A program made the position numbers and the translations under genes. The notes under the pieces are model-generated. The model did no database searches and was not told the DNA's origin. It saw only the letters and a list, made by a program, of their open reading frames with translations. This document shows positions 1-9,156 of a stretch of 64,000 nt of DNA, one piece after another. This DNA is from an uncultured Gammaproteobacteria bacterium (GTDB lineage Bacteria; Patescibacteriota; Patescibacteriia; SG8-24): NCBI GenBank assembly GCA_964486995.1, contig CAZAOV010000003.1:686-64685 (forward strand), given 5' to 3'. Numbering within the stretch: position 1 is the first letter of the stretch; every line of letters starts with the position of its first letter.

Positions 1-543
1 AATATCATCGCCCCGAACGATGTCATCGGCGCGGCGTGGTATGTGGATCCGGACGAGCAGGTTCGGCGTCGCCTGGCTACTCCGCATGACGCCTGGTTAA
101 TCATGCAGGATGCGATTCCGGTAACTTCGGTTGATTTGGCCGGCGTACCGATTGAGGGGCTGGAAGACCCACGATTCGAGAGTGTGTCCGTGGCCGAAGT
201 GCTGGATGCCACCACCGTTAGTCTGTGCGATGGTCGCGAGGTGCGGTTGGTCAGCCTAGAGGTGCCGGACAATCCGGACAAGCAGCAGGCGGCCAAATAT
301 CGGTTGATGGACTTGTTGCTGGATCGAGATATTGTCATGGAGCGCGACGGAAAGAGTGAGGACGATGAGGGGCGGTTACTGCGTTTCTTGCATGCCGATG
401 ACGTGAATATGAATGTTGATTTGGTTCAGCAAGGGCTGGCGTTTGACGATATCGCTTTCCCACATTTTCGCTACGCCGAGCAATTAATAGTCGCCCGGCT
501 CGACGCCATGCGGCATGGAAACGGGTTTTGGGCGCAGGAATAG
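1..543 (+). CDS. Thermonuclease (SNase-like) domain protein, 5'-truncated by the window edge
   Basis: The frame is open from base 1 (NIIAPNDVIGAAWYVDP...). C-terminal SNase-like motifs: VLDATTV..VRL, DDEGRLLRFL, VNMNVDLVQQGLA, A..HGNGFW. Confidence 0.7.
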   Translation, partial: NIIAPNDVIGAAWYVDPDEQVRRRLATPHDAWLIMQDAIPVTSVDLAGVPIEGLEDPRFESVSVAEVLDATTVSLCDGREVRLVSLEVPDNPDKQQAAKYRLMDLLLDRDIVMERDGKSEDDEGRLLRFLHADDVNMNVDLVQQGLAFDDIAFPHFRYAEQLIVARLDAMRHGNGFWAQE

Positions 544-552
544 ATGGCAAAT

Positions 553-584
553 AAAAAAGACCGCTCTAATCAAGGGCGGTTTTT
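553..584. terminator. Intrinsic terminator, probably bidirectional
   Basis: A-tract, GACCGCTC/GGGCGGTT stem, T-tract, between convergent genes. Confidence 0.65.
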
Positions 585-590
585 GGTTTT

Positions 591-624
591 CCTATAAACC
601 CCATCCGCGCTAGGGGTTTATAGG
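591..624. repeat. 12-bp perfect inverted repeat between two terminators
   Basis: CCTATAAACCCC-N10-GGGGTTTATAGG. Confidence 0.6.
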
Positions 625-626
625 AC

Positions 627-654
627 AAAAAAGAGACCGCCATGAGGGCGGTCT
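627..654 (-). terminator. Terminator of the ADP-ribosylglycohydrolase gene
   Basis: AGACCGCC/GGCGGTCT stem followed by a U-tract on the minus strand. Confidence 0.65.
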
Positions 655-660
655 GAATTG

Positions 661-1746
661 CTAATTTGTGCGCGGGCCGAGCCAGAACTTCTGGAACATC
701 TGGTCCGCCAGTTCGGCCATACGCTTGGTGTGCGGTACGGCCCTAATCCAGCTGGCTGGGATGTTGCCCTCGCCCATGTTGGCGCCGACCATGGCGCCGA
801 CCATGGCGGCGTTAGTGTCGGTGTCGCCGCCGGCGTTCACCGCTTCGAGCACCGCGGTGCGGTAGTCGTTGGGATGACGCAGGAACGTGCAGATGGAGAA
901 CGGCACCGACTCGAGCGAGTAGCAGGACACACCCGCGATTTCGCGGAGCGTTTCCGCGTTGTTTGCTGCCATCAGCGCGTTTTGGAATCGCTCGGAGAAC
1001 GTGTCTTCGGTTACACCCGAACGCATCTCCATGCCATGAGAATTGCAGATGATGGAGCGCGTAAGCTCAGCCAGGCCAAACCCGTCATCGCGGAGCGTGC
1101 CTCTGGCGAACGGCTCGATAATGGCGAGCGCCACACCCATCGCCGCGATCCAGGCGCGGTGGTCGCCGTGCGTCATCAGCCCGATGGACCGGACGTTCTC
1201 GAAGAATTCGGCGATACCATCCGGATAGATAAGCGCGTGATACAACGCGATTGGCGCGATCTTCATCGCCACGCCGTTGCCACAACTCTTGCCGGGTTCG
1301 GTCGGCGGGGGAGTGTCGGTGAGCGGTCTTCGTCCGGGTCGCTCGCCGTCAACCGGTTCACCGTACAGCCAATCAGCATACGCCTGCGCGGCCAGCTTCG
1401 TGGTGCCGCCCCACCCGTGCCTGCTCCGTCGATATTCCTCGACGAATTGCCGCACCTGGTCTTCGCGGTCGTAACCGTCGCAGCGCAGCAGTGACACCAG
1501 CGACGCTTCGGACAACTGCGTGTCATCCGTGATTGCACCAATCGGCCGCCCGCTTAGCCGCCGCTTGATTTGGTCGCTACACCCAGCGGGGTGTCGAATA
1601 AAACTGGTCACACCGTCCGGATCGTTCACACTGTATGCGATTTCCTCCCAGGTCAGGATTTCGTACGGTGCGCCCAAGGCGTCACCGACGGCCAACCCAA
1701 CCAAACAACCGCGAACCCGATTTCTGATAGTTTCAGCTTCGGTCAC
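661..1746 (-). CDS. ADP-ribosylglycohydrolase (DraG/ARH family)
   Basis: Motifs GLAVGDALG, TDDT, GNGVAMKIAP, GGDTDTNAAMVGAMVGA. GGAGG SD before the GTG start. Confidence 0.9.
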   Translation of the reverse strand: MTEAETIRNRVRGCLVGLAVGDALGAPYEILTWEEIAYSVNDPDGVTSFIRHPAGCSDQIKRRLSGRPIGAITDDTQLSEASLVSLLRCDGYDREDQVRQFVEEYRRSRHGWGGTTKLAAQAYADWLYGEPVDGERPGRRPLTDTPPPTEPGKSCGNGVAMKIAPIALYHALIYPDGIAEFFENVRSIGLMTHGDHRAWIAAMGVALAIIEPFARGTLRDDGFGLAELTRSIICNSHGMEMRSGVTEDTFSERFQNALMAANNAETLREIAGVSCYSLESVPFSICTFLRHPNDYRTAVLEAVNAGGDTDTNAAMVGAMVGANMGEGNIPASWIRAVPHTKRMAELADQMFQKFWLGPRTN

Positions 1747-1840
1747 GTTAACCTCCTTTAAGGTTCATATAAGGCACTAGCCATATAATCCATCCTTGAT
1801 ACACTAGAAATATCGATTTGTCAATGGATTTGGACATAGA

Positions 1841-2962
1841 ATGAGCGATAACAGCCAGAAAAAACGGCCGACACTCGGAATCGACGCGTCGCGGGCCAAC
1901 TCGCAGTCACGAACCGGTACCGAGTGGTATGCGTACCACGTGATTCAGGAGCTGAAGAAAATAATTCCCGATTCGTATCGGGTGGTTTTGTATTCGCGCG
2001 AGGGGTTGCGGGATGGACTGGAGGATTTGCCGGCGGGTTGGGAGAGTCGGGTATTGCGGTGGCGGTGGCGGTTTTGGACGCAGTTGCGGTTGTCATGGGA
2101 GATGCTGCGACGGCCGCCGGATGTATTGTTTGTGCCGGCGCATGTGTTGCCGGTGGTGTTGCCGCGGCGGGCGGTGACTACGTTGCATGATGTTGGTTTT
2201 TTGACCGTGCCGGATGCGTATTCGTGGGGCGAGCGGTTGTATCATCGGTTGGCCGCGCGGTTTGCGGTGCGACGGGCGGCGCGGTTGCTGACTGTGTCCG
2301 AGTTTTCGCGCGGTGAGTTGGTGCGGTTGTTGGGGGTGGAGGAGAGTGATGTGGCGGTGACGCCGATTTCATATGATGCGAAGAGGTTTCGGGCTAGTGT
2401 TGTGCCGACTGCTGATGCCGAGCCATATTTTTTGTTCATCGGTCGGTTGGAGCGGAAGAAGAATTTGCCGGTGTTGCTCGAAGCTTTTTCTGAATACGTG
2501 CGCGCGGGCGGTTCTGCTCGGCTAAAGTTGGCGGGCAAGCGCGGTTTGGGTGCGGACGAAGTGTTGGATAACTTATCCGACGAAGTGTTGGAGCGCGTTG
2601 ATGAGTTGGGGTACGTTGCGGCGAAAGATTTGCCGGCGTTGTATGCGAGCGCTTTGGCATTTGTGTTTCCATCGCGATACGAGGGGTTCGGTATTCCGGT
2701 ATTGGAAGCGTTCGCTTGCGGTGTACCGGTAATCGCTTCCGATGCGACTTCAATTCCCGAGGTGGCTGGCGATGCGGCACTGCTGGTGTCGCCGGATAAT
2801 GTTGCCGGTTTTGCCGTGGCCATGCGAACGGTCGAGAATGATACTGACCGACGTGAACAGATGGTGGCGGCCGGCTTGGCACGAGTCCAACAATATTCGT
2901 GGTCAAAAACGGCTGAGCTGACTTGGGGCGAATTGCGTATTCTTCTTGACAAAGCGCAATAA
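1841..2962 (+). CDS. Glycosyltransferase family 4 (MtfB-like)
   Basis: Motifs GTEWY, TLHDVGF, FIGRLERKKN, FPSRYEGFGIPVLEA. Confidence 0.9.
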   Translation: MSDNSQKKRPTLGIDASRANSQSRTGTEWYAYHVIQELKKIIPDSYRVVLYSREGLRDGLEDLPAGWESRVLRWRWRFWTQLRLSWEMLRRPPDVLFVPAHVLPVVLPRRAVTTLHDVGFLTVPDAYSWGERLYHRLAARFAVRRAARLLTVSEFSRGELVRLLGVEESDVAVTPISYDAKRFRASVVPTADAEPYFLFIGRLERKKNLPVLLEAFSEYVRAGGSARLKLAGKRGLGADEVLDNLSDEVLERVDELGYVAAKDLPALYASALAFVFPSRYEGFGIPVLEAFACGVPVIASDATSIPEVAGDAALLVSPDNVAGFAVAMRTVENDTDRREQMVAAGLARVQQYSWSKTAELTWGELRILLDKAQ

Positions 2963-2991
2963 ACAGGGCAGGATAGACTATCAAGAGATAA

Positions 2992-3009
2992 GTGTCAGTT
3001 GACTGACAC
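2992..3009. promoter_or_regulatory. Candidate operator palindrome upstream of the TrmB pair
   Basis: GTGTCAGT-TG-ACTGACAC, a perfect 8-bp inverted repeat about 40 nt before the ATG. Confidence 0.45.
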
Positions 3010-3050
3010 ATTTGCTGTAACTGCGGAGGTCACCTCCTCTGCCAATCGCT

Positions 3051-3803
3051 ATGGATGAAAATCTAGTCAAAGAATTGAAAGAAATCGGCCTGTCCGAAAA
3101 TGAAGCTAAAGTTTATTTGGCATCATTAGAATTAGGGCCGGCCACCGCCCAGCAGATTGCGGCCAAGGCAGTGGTATCTCGGCCGAATACTTATATAATG
3201 ATAGAGTCGCTGAAAGGGCGCGGTTTGATGAGTTCATCACCCAGAGGAAAAAAACAGCTTTTTTCTGCCTGCAGCCCTAAAAACCTTGAAGACATTATCG
3301 ATGCGCAAGCTAAAAGCCTTGAGCAAAAAAGGATTCGTTTGCCAGCAATTATGAAGTCCGTAGTAGAGGGTATTCCATCCGATCATGAATTAAAAATAAC
3401 CATGGTAGAAGACTTGGGGGGGTTGGTATTTCTTCAGCGAGACTTAGTTGCTGTGGCTAAAAAATGTGGCTGGATTGATAATGTCGCTTCAATTCCCGCT
3501 GCCAGAAAGTTCGTCTCGGAGCAATCGCTTGATCCTCTTTGGAAGGATTTAGGAAAGGCTAATGTCAGAATTCGCTCGTTAACCACAGGCACGAATAAAT
3601 TAGTGTCAGCTAGCCAAGAAAATTGGGAGAATCGAACAATTAAGCATGACCCATTTTCTTTTAAAGGAGAGCTTACAGTTTATGGTGATAGAGTGGCAAT
3701 GCTATCTTTTAGCAATAGAATTTTCGGAGTTTTAATTAGAGATAAAAATATCGCAGAAACAATGCGCACCATGTTTGAAATGGCCTGGCTAAGCACAAAA
3801 TAA
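3051..3803 (+). CDS. TrmB-family transcriptional regulator
   Basis: N-terminal wHTH (GLSENEAKVYLASLELG..RPNTY) and C-terminal PLD-like sensor (YGDRVAMLS..MFEMAW). Confidence 0.85.
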   Translation: MDENLVKELKEIGLSENEAKVYLASLELGPATAQQIAAKAVVSRPNTYIMIESLKGRGLMSSSPRGKKQLFSACSPKNLEDIIDAQAKSLEQKRIRLPAIMKSVVEGIPSDHELKITMVEDLGGLVFLQRDLVAVAKKCGWIDNVASIPAARKFVSEQSLDPLWKDLGKANVRIRSLTTGTNKLVSASQENWENRTIKHDPFSFKGELTVYGDRVAMLSFSNRIFGVLIRDKNIAETMRTMFEMAWLSTK

Positions 3804-3807
3804 TAAT

Positions 3808-4584
3808 ATGACATCCCAATTAGAGAGAGAATTAATCGAATTTGGCCTTAGTGAAAAAGCAGCAAAGGTATATCTTGCCAGCTTGGAATTGGGACCTTCG
3901 GCGGTGCAGGAAATTGCAAAGAAGGCAGATATCAATAGGCCTACATGTTACGTAATGATTGAAGATTTAACGGAAAAAGGTTTGATGAGCTCTTTTGAAA
4001 AAGGCAAGAGAAGATACTTTACAGCTGAGAATCCTGATCATTTCTTAAATATAATTAGAGAGAATAGGCGCGAGATAGAAAAAAAGGAAGAGAGAATTAA
4101 AAACATATTGGGTGACTTAAGGGCACTCAAAGCTTTTTCGGCCTCATCTCCAAACGTTAGCTATTATGAAGGTTTGGAGGGCATCAATGCGCTACGTGAG
4201 GATGTCATTCGTTCAAAAAGTAAAACAATTTATGAGTTAGTGCCGGTGGATGATGTGCGAAAATTTATTCCAGAAGAGCCAGCACCCGATGATTCCAGAA
4301 AAATTATTCGCGAAAAGGTCAGTGTTAAATCGCTCTACTATAGTAAAAAAGGAGCAATTTATCCGGAAAAAGATGGAATTAGCCAAAGACGTTTTGTTCC
4401 TGTAGAATTGTTTCCCATATCTTGTGAAGTGGTGATTTATGGAAATAAGGTCGCATTCCTGTCTTACTCTGGTAAGCCAACAGGTTTTCTAGTTGATAAT
4501 CAATATGTGGCCGATACCATGAAGATGATGTTTCAAGCACTTTGGGAAGCTGTAAAGCTAATGAATAAAAAAACGAAGCGGTAG
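3808..4584 (+). CDS. TrmB-family transcriptional regulator (tandem paralog)
   Basis: Motifs GLSEKAAKVYLASLELG..RPTCY, YYEGLEGI, IYGNKVAF..MFQALW. Confidence 0.88.
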   Translation: MTSQLERELIEFGLSEKAAKVYLASLELGPSAVQEIAKKADINRPTCYVMIEDLTEKGLMSSFEKGKRRYFTAENPDHFLNIIRENRREIEKKEERIKNILGDLRALKAFSASSPNVSYYEGLEGINALREDVIRSKSKTIYELVPVDDVRKFIPEEPAPDDSRKIIREKVSVKSLYYSKKGAIYPEKDGISQRRFVPVELFPISCEVVIYGNKVAFLSYSGKPTGFLVDNQYVADTMKMMFQALWEAVKLMNKKTKR

Positions 4585-4614
4585 CTTCGTTATTAAGTAG
4601 TTTCAGTCGTACTG

Positions 4615-4725
4615 TCACGCACCCTTGTCGCAATGTGCCACCGGACGCAGCTTCCATCGTCTCTGGTAGGTAGGGACATAATCAGCCTTACCATTGTTAG
4701 CTGGACCGCAATCTTTACTGGTCAT
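4615..4725 (-). CDS. Putative 36-aa small protein (not in the ORF track)
   Basis: MTSKDCGPANNGKADYVPTYQRRWKLRPVAHCDKGA*. Preceded by AGAGAGG SD and a consensus promoter. Confidence 0.4.
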   Translation of the reverse strand: MTSKDCGPANNGKADYVPTYQRRWKLRPVAHCDKGA

Positions 4726-4776
4726 ATCGAACCTCTCTGTCTTTTCTGCATTAATCGCAGTTCACGATAACGTTTG

Positions 4777-4805
4777 ATATTACACGTTAACGAAAAATTT
4801 GTCAA
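4777..4805 (-). promoter_or_regulatory. Sigma70-type promoter
   Basis: TTGACA-N17-TAATAT on the minus strand. Confidence 0.6.
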
Positions 4806-4859
4806 GGTTCAAGCGCGAACTCGCCATCATGGCGGGTTTTTGCTTTATTTAGCCTTATC

Positions 4860-5531
4860 CTAGCCTTCCTTAACTAGATGGCTACGCAGTGACAGCAGTC
4901 CAAGCACCGCGGCAACGAGCATCAGCCCGCTGCCAACCCGCATGAGCGTCAGAGAACTCAGCGCCAAACCCAACAGTACCGCTGACAGAGAAACAACTTC
5001 CGCAATGAGCTTTATCTTACCAGCCGGACGAGCCTTGATGTCCGAATGTCCGTCGGTATCAACATCAACGTCCTCTCGCCGCAGCATTTTCTTTACTCGC
5101 AGACCGGTCAGCAAACCGCCGGTCACAACTACGACACCGAACAGCCACCAACCAAACGGAATCATCGGGGCCAAAACGCCCAACAGCATCCATACGGTGA
5201 TCTTGTCCATCAGCGGATCCAGAAAAGCGCCGCATCTGGTCTTCAAATCCCGAGCTTCGGCCAGCGCACCATCCGCGAAATCCAACAACACGGAAAATGC
5301 GAACAGCACCAGCGCCCACCAGTACGATTGCGACAGCACCAGAATCATCACCGGAATCATCAGCACGGCGCGGAATGCGGTCACACAGTTCGGCGTAATC
5401 CAAATGGGCAGAGCGCACATCGTACGCCGCACCCAATCCTGCTCCTTGAACCGGACCACACGATTCACCAGCGACATCCCCGTGTTTTCAGTGGTCGAAA
5501 CGGTCGTTCTTTGTCCCGTTTGTTCTGTCAT
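4860..5531 (-). CDS. CDP-alcohol phosphatidyltransferase (PgsA-like)
   Basis: Motifs TPNCVT.FR and DFADGALA..T.CGAFLDPLMDK. Start moved to ATG 5531, which follows GGAGG. Confidence 0.85.
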   Translation of the reverse strand: MTEQTGQRTTVSTTENTGMSLVNRVVRFKEQDWVRRTMCALPIWITPNCVTAFRAVLMIPVMILVLSQSYWWALVLFAFSVLLDFADGALAEARDLKTRCGAFLDPLMDKITVWMLLGVLAPMIPFGWWLFGVVVVTGGLLTGLRVKKMLRREDVDVDTDGHSDIKARPAGKIKLIAEVVSLSAVLLGLALSSLTLMRVGSGLMLVAAVLGLLSLRSHLVKEG

Positions 5532-5552
5532 GTAATGACCTCCGAATGAGAA

Positions 5553-5581
5553 ACGATACAACACCGCTAAAAAAGAGTCAA
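5553..5581 (-). promoter_or_regulatory. Sigma70-type promoter of the pgsA-like gene
   Basis: TTGACT-N17-TATCGT. Confidence 0.5.
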
Positions 5582-5635
5582 TGTAAAAAGCTTGAATTCG
5601 AACCCGAAACGTAAGATAAGGCACACAAAATGAAA

Positions 5636-5816
5636 GCGGCACCTCGCTGGGATAAAATGGTCTTGCAAGATCCAATAACCCGGAGAGAGAATGCCGCACT
5701 CACACATTACATCAGAGGACCGTTCGGTCATGGTCGCCCTGCTCCAAGGCGGCAGAGCTCGCCGCTGCCCGTAGGAACAGGCGCTCCCCAAGCCGGACAG
5801 ATGTGATCTCTGCCGC
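5636..5816. ncRNA. Candidate structured RNA (two hairpins both closed by GCGGCA/TGCCGC)
   Basis: Stems 5636-5641/5692-5697 and 5749-5757/5808-5816 with internal helices. Lies between a terminator and a promoter. Confidence 0.3.
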
Positions 5817-5894
5817 TACGCGCATACAAACATACAAAAGCCCCATACGAGAACCACAAAACAAAAACCCGGCAAATACTGCCGGGTTGAGAGT

Positions 5895-6758
5895 CTAGTC
5901 CTCTGACGGAAACGGCAAGAAACCTTCAAGCTGCAACAGGTCTTCCAGAACAAACGGCGGAACCATCAGCGTGACGTTGCGATTCTCCAGGACGATGATA
6001 ATCATCCCCACGATTTGTCCTTGCTCGTTGAATACCGGTCCGCCGGAGTTACCGCGATTGGCCAGCCCAGTAATTAGGCTAACCTGCAGGACCGGGCAAG
6101 CCAGATCCTCGAACTGCTGCAGATTTCCGGATGCAAACCAGCTCGTCGGACGGTGCCTGGCGATGTATGACCCAGCGTCAGCTTCTCGATTCTCCTCGAA
6201 GCCGTACATATGCAGGGTTTCCAGCAGTTCAGGTTCGCTGGTGCTGAACCGCATCATCGGAGCGTTAGCAACCGGCGAACCCCCCACACGGACAAAGGCC
6301 ACGTCATAATCCGGCGCCCTGTAAACCACCGTGCCGATGTGCTTAGTTGGGTATCTTGGACCTGACGTAAAGCATCGCAGCGTTACCTGATCCGGTGAGT
6401 TATCAACCACATGATTAGCGGTCACCAAGATATTTTTAGTGAAGATAAATCCGCTGCCCGTGTTTTGGTCAGTCGAAATCATGCAAGTGCGGTTCATGAC
6501 CGCCCGCCCGCCAGAGTTTACGTAGCTCAGCTCAGATTCCGGCTGAAAAGCAATCGAGATGCTATCGCCCTCGGACTCGCATTCCACGTCGTTCGAACCG
6601 ATCTCTGGCGTACCGGCGATAACCAGCGCTCGGTGTTCATTCGGTGCACCCATCAAAAGGGCGACACCCAGCAAGACACAGAACGCGATCATCATCGCCG
6701 AGGCCAAAAGTCCGATTAGAATCGTGCGCGCATTACCGGGAAGACTTTCGCCTGCCAT
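5895..6758 (-). CDS. Membrane-anchored trypsin-like (S1) serine protease
   Basis: Catalytic triad motifs TANHVV, YDVAFV, GNSGGP, plus an N-terminal TM helix. Confidence 0.85.
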   Translation of the reverse strand: MAGESLPGNARTILIGLLASAMMIAFCVLLGVALLMGAPNEHRALVIAGTPEIGSNDVECESEGDSISIAFQPESELSYVNSGGRAVMNRTCMISTDQNTGSGFIFTKNILVTANHVVDNSPDQVTLRCFTSGPRYPTKHIGTVVYRAPDYDVAFVRVGGSPVANAPMMRFSTSEPELLETLHMYGFEENREADAGSYIARHRPTSWFASGNLQQFEDLACPVLQVSLITGLANRGNSGGPVFNEQGQIVGMIIIVLENRNVTLMVPPFVLEDLLQLEGFLPFPSED

Positions 6759-6837
6759 TACTTCCTCCCACCTTCTTAATATATAGAAAGGACATTTAAC
6801 TTAAGCATATTCAGGCGATGTTTTCAACCCCTGACCC

Positions 6838-6904
6838 AAAAACTGTCAGACTTGTTTTAGGAGGGAGACGAAGCCTCCGCCTTAAAACAAGTCTGACAGT
6901 TTTT
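6838..6904. repeat. Palindromic REP/MITE-like element, family A copy 1
   Basis: 22-bp perfect inverted repeat AAAAACTGTCAGACTTGTTTTA with a 23-nt spacer. Second copy at 51132. Confidence 0.85.
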
Positions 6905-6935
6905 AAACCTCGGTCGTTCGTGATAAGCTCAAGCC

Positions 6936-8276
6936 ATGAAATCCTTGCTTAAAAAGCTGATTCCAGCTCCGATGCTGGACGTTTATCATAGATTGCTGGC
7001 GCGGGTTGCGGCGGTGCGTTTTGGCTATCCGGCGAATCAGATGATTGTGATTGGCGTGACCGGCACTAACGGCAAATCAACGGTCTGCAACATGATTGCA
7101 CACGTGTTCGAAGGCAGGGGACAAAAGGTTGGCATGACCACCACCGCAAATTTCAAAATAGCGGAGCGTGAATGGCTGAACGACAAGAAGATGACCATGC
7201 TCGGGCGTTTTCAACTGCAGCGGCTGCTGCGGCAGATGGTTGATGCCGGCTGCAAATACGCGGTGATAGAAACTTCGTCCGAGGGGATTCGTCAGCATCG
7301 TCATCGCGGCATCAATTACGATATCGCGGTGTTCACCAATCTTACTCCAGAGCATATCGAATCGCACGGTGGTTTTGAGAACTACAAGAAAGCCAAGGGT
7401 GAATTGTTCGCCAAACTGTCAAAAGACAAGCGCAAGAAAATCGCCGGCTCGGAAGTTCCCAAAACGATCGTAGTAAACGCCATGGACGAGCATGCGCCAT
7501 ATTTCGCGTCGTTCACTGCCGACAACAAAATCGGTTACGTCGTGCCGCACGATAACGATGATACGCCCAAGACCACGGCGGAAACCGACGTGCTGAAAGC
7601 GACAGGCGTTTCCTGTTCCGGCCTTGGTTCAACTTGGGAGGTGGATGGCCAGCAGTTCAAACTAAACCTTCCCGGGCAGTTCAACGTAGAGAATGCCATG
7701 GCTGCAATCGTTGTCGGGCAGGTTCTGGGGCTGAAACTCGCGCAAATTTCTGCGGCCCTCGCCACCTTGCCTGTAGTTCCCGGTCGTCTGGAAAGAGTCG
7801 ACCGGGGTCAGGATTTTACGGCCATCGTTGATTACGCACCCGAGCCGGAGTCTTTTAGAAAATTATACGAAGTGGTTGACCGGTTAGAAAAAAACCGCGT
7901 GATTCATGTGCTGGGTTCGTGTGGCGGCGGTCGTGATGCCAGCCGTCGTCCGGTGCTGGGCGGTCTCGCCGCCGAGAAGGCAGATATTATTATCGTCACA
8001 AACGAAGATCCATACGATGACGACCCGATGGAAATAATTCAGGATGTTGCCGAGGGTGCGCGTCAGCACGGTTTTTGCAATCAGGAAAATCTATACACCA
8101 TAGAAGACAGAGGTGAGGCAATCGATTTCGCGGTGTCGCTCGCTGAGGCCAACGACCTGCTGCTGGTGACCGGTAAGGGTTGCGAGCAGGCCATTGCCAT
8201 CGCGAACGGCAAGAAAATTCCTTGGGATGACCGAAAACGTCTTCAATCCGCGATCGAAGCCAAACTTCATAAATAA
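6936..8276 (+). CDS. murE: UDP-N-acetylmuramyl-tripeptide synthetase
   Basis: Motifs GVTGTNGKST, ETSSEG, FTNLTPEH, PGRLE, VDYA, TNEDPY, GKGCE. Confidence 0.9.
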   Translation: MKSLLKKLIPAPMLDVYHRLLARVAAVRFGYPANQMIVIGVTGTNGKSTVCNMIAHVFEGRGQKVGMTTTANFKIAEREWLNDKKMTMLGRFQLQRLLRQMVDAGCKYAVIETSSEGIRQHRHRGINYDIAVFTNLTPEHIESHGGFENYKKAKGELFAKLSKDKRKKIAGSEVPKTIVVNAMDEHAPYFASFTADNKIGYVVPHDNDDTPKTTAETDVLKATGVSCSGLGSTWEVDGQQFKLNLPGQFNVENAMAAIVVGQVLGLKLAQISAALATLPVVPGRLERVDRGQDFTAIVDYAPEPESFRKLYEVVDRLEKNRVIHVLGSCGGGRDASRRPVLGGLAAEKADIIIVTNEDPYDDDPMEIIQDVAEGARQHGFCNQENLYTIEDRGEAIDFAVSLAEANDLLLVTGKGCEQAIAIANGKKIPWDDRKRLQSAIEAKLHK

Positions 8277-8372
8277 ATAATCAGCTGCGGAGCTTGCCCC
8301 CGCCCAGTCTGTTGAGAACGTGCTTGCCGCTACTTACTTGGCAAAAAGCTATAAAAAATTAACCAACCAACC

Positions 8373-9080
8373 ATGAACGTAAATAGAGTCGTCACAATGA
8401 AAGAGGGGGAGTCGGTGTTGCGTATCGTCCGCCGCTTTGGCCTGACTTACGTCCCTCATGTGCTACTGGCTGCGTTTCTGATTTGCGCACCGTTCTTCTT
8501 TATGGTTCCGCTTTTTTCTATGCGCATGTACGGCCTAGCGGCGTTCATGGTGTCAGTGCTGGTCGGTCTGCTGTTCGCCGCGCGCCTGTATAAAGAATAT
8601 TATTGGAACTCGTTCGTCATTACGACGCGGCGCGTTATCGACATCGATCAGGTTGGCTTTTTCAAACGCACGGTTTCCGAAGCCCCGTACGATCGCGTGC
8701 AGGACGTGTCGTTCACCATTGAAGGCGTGCTTGGAACGATTTTCAAATACGGTACCATTGTGGTTCAAACCGCAGGCACACACGTTAATCTCGAACTGAT
8801 TTACGTGCATCACCCACAAGATGTGCATCATCTAATTACCGAAACTGCGGGTGCACTGCAGGCCGAGTCGAACGGCGGAATCCGTAGTCAGAAAGTTGCG
8901 CACCTGTTGGATACCGCGGCCGACCTGTCTGATTCCGAAGCGCGGGCCTTTCTGGTGGCCCTGCAAGAAGCGGTCAGTCACGGCGGCGAGGAGCACCATC
9001 TTCAGATGCGACCGCTCGAAGTGATTATGAGCCAAGAGGAGGGTGACACCGAAGGGCCGATGGACGAACTGAAGCATTAA
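8373..9080 (+). CDS. Membrane protein with bacterial PH (bPH_2) domain
   Basis: Two TM helices, then ITTRRVIDIDQ.GFF..VQDVS..YGTIVVQTAG. Confidence 0.75.
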   Translation: MNVNRVVTMKEGESVLRIVRRFGLTYVPHVLLAAFLICAPFFFMVPLFSMRMYGLAAFMVSVLVGLLFAARLYKEYYWNSFVITTRRVIDIDQVGFFKRTVSEAPYDRVQDVSFTIEGVLGTIFKYGTIVVQTAGTHVNLELIYVHHPQDVHHLITETAGALQAESNGGIRSQKVAHLLDTAADLSDSEARAFLVALQEAVSHGGEEHHLQMRPLEVIMSQEEGDTEGPMDELKH

Positions 9081-9156
9081 AGTTATTGCACCGTATCTGA
9101 TATAATATGTTAACTTCATGAAACAGAAATGCACCGGTATAGTTAGGCTTCTAGCG

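Noticed and set aside
658-1494. Long antisense ORFs (also over IS30, dnaK, dnaJ and others)
   Set aside because: Shadow frames of well-supported genes, with no recognisable motifs.
1960-2720. Strongly G/T-rich, A-poor stretch in the GT4 gene
   Set aside because: Explained by Val/Arg/Leu/Gly content and strand bias. No repeat unit is visible.
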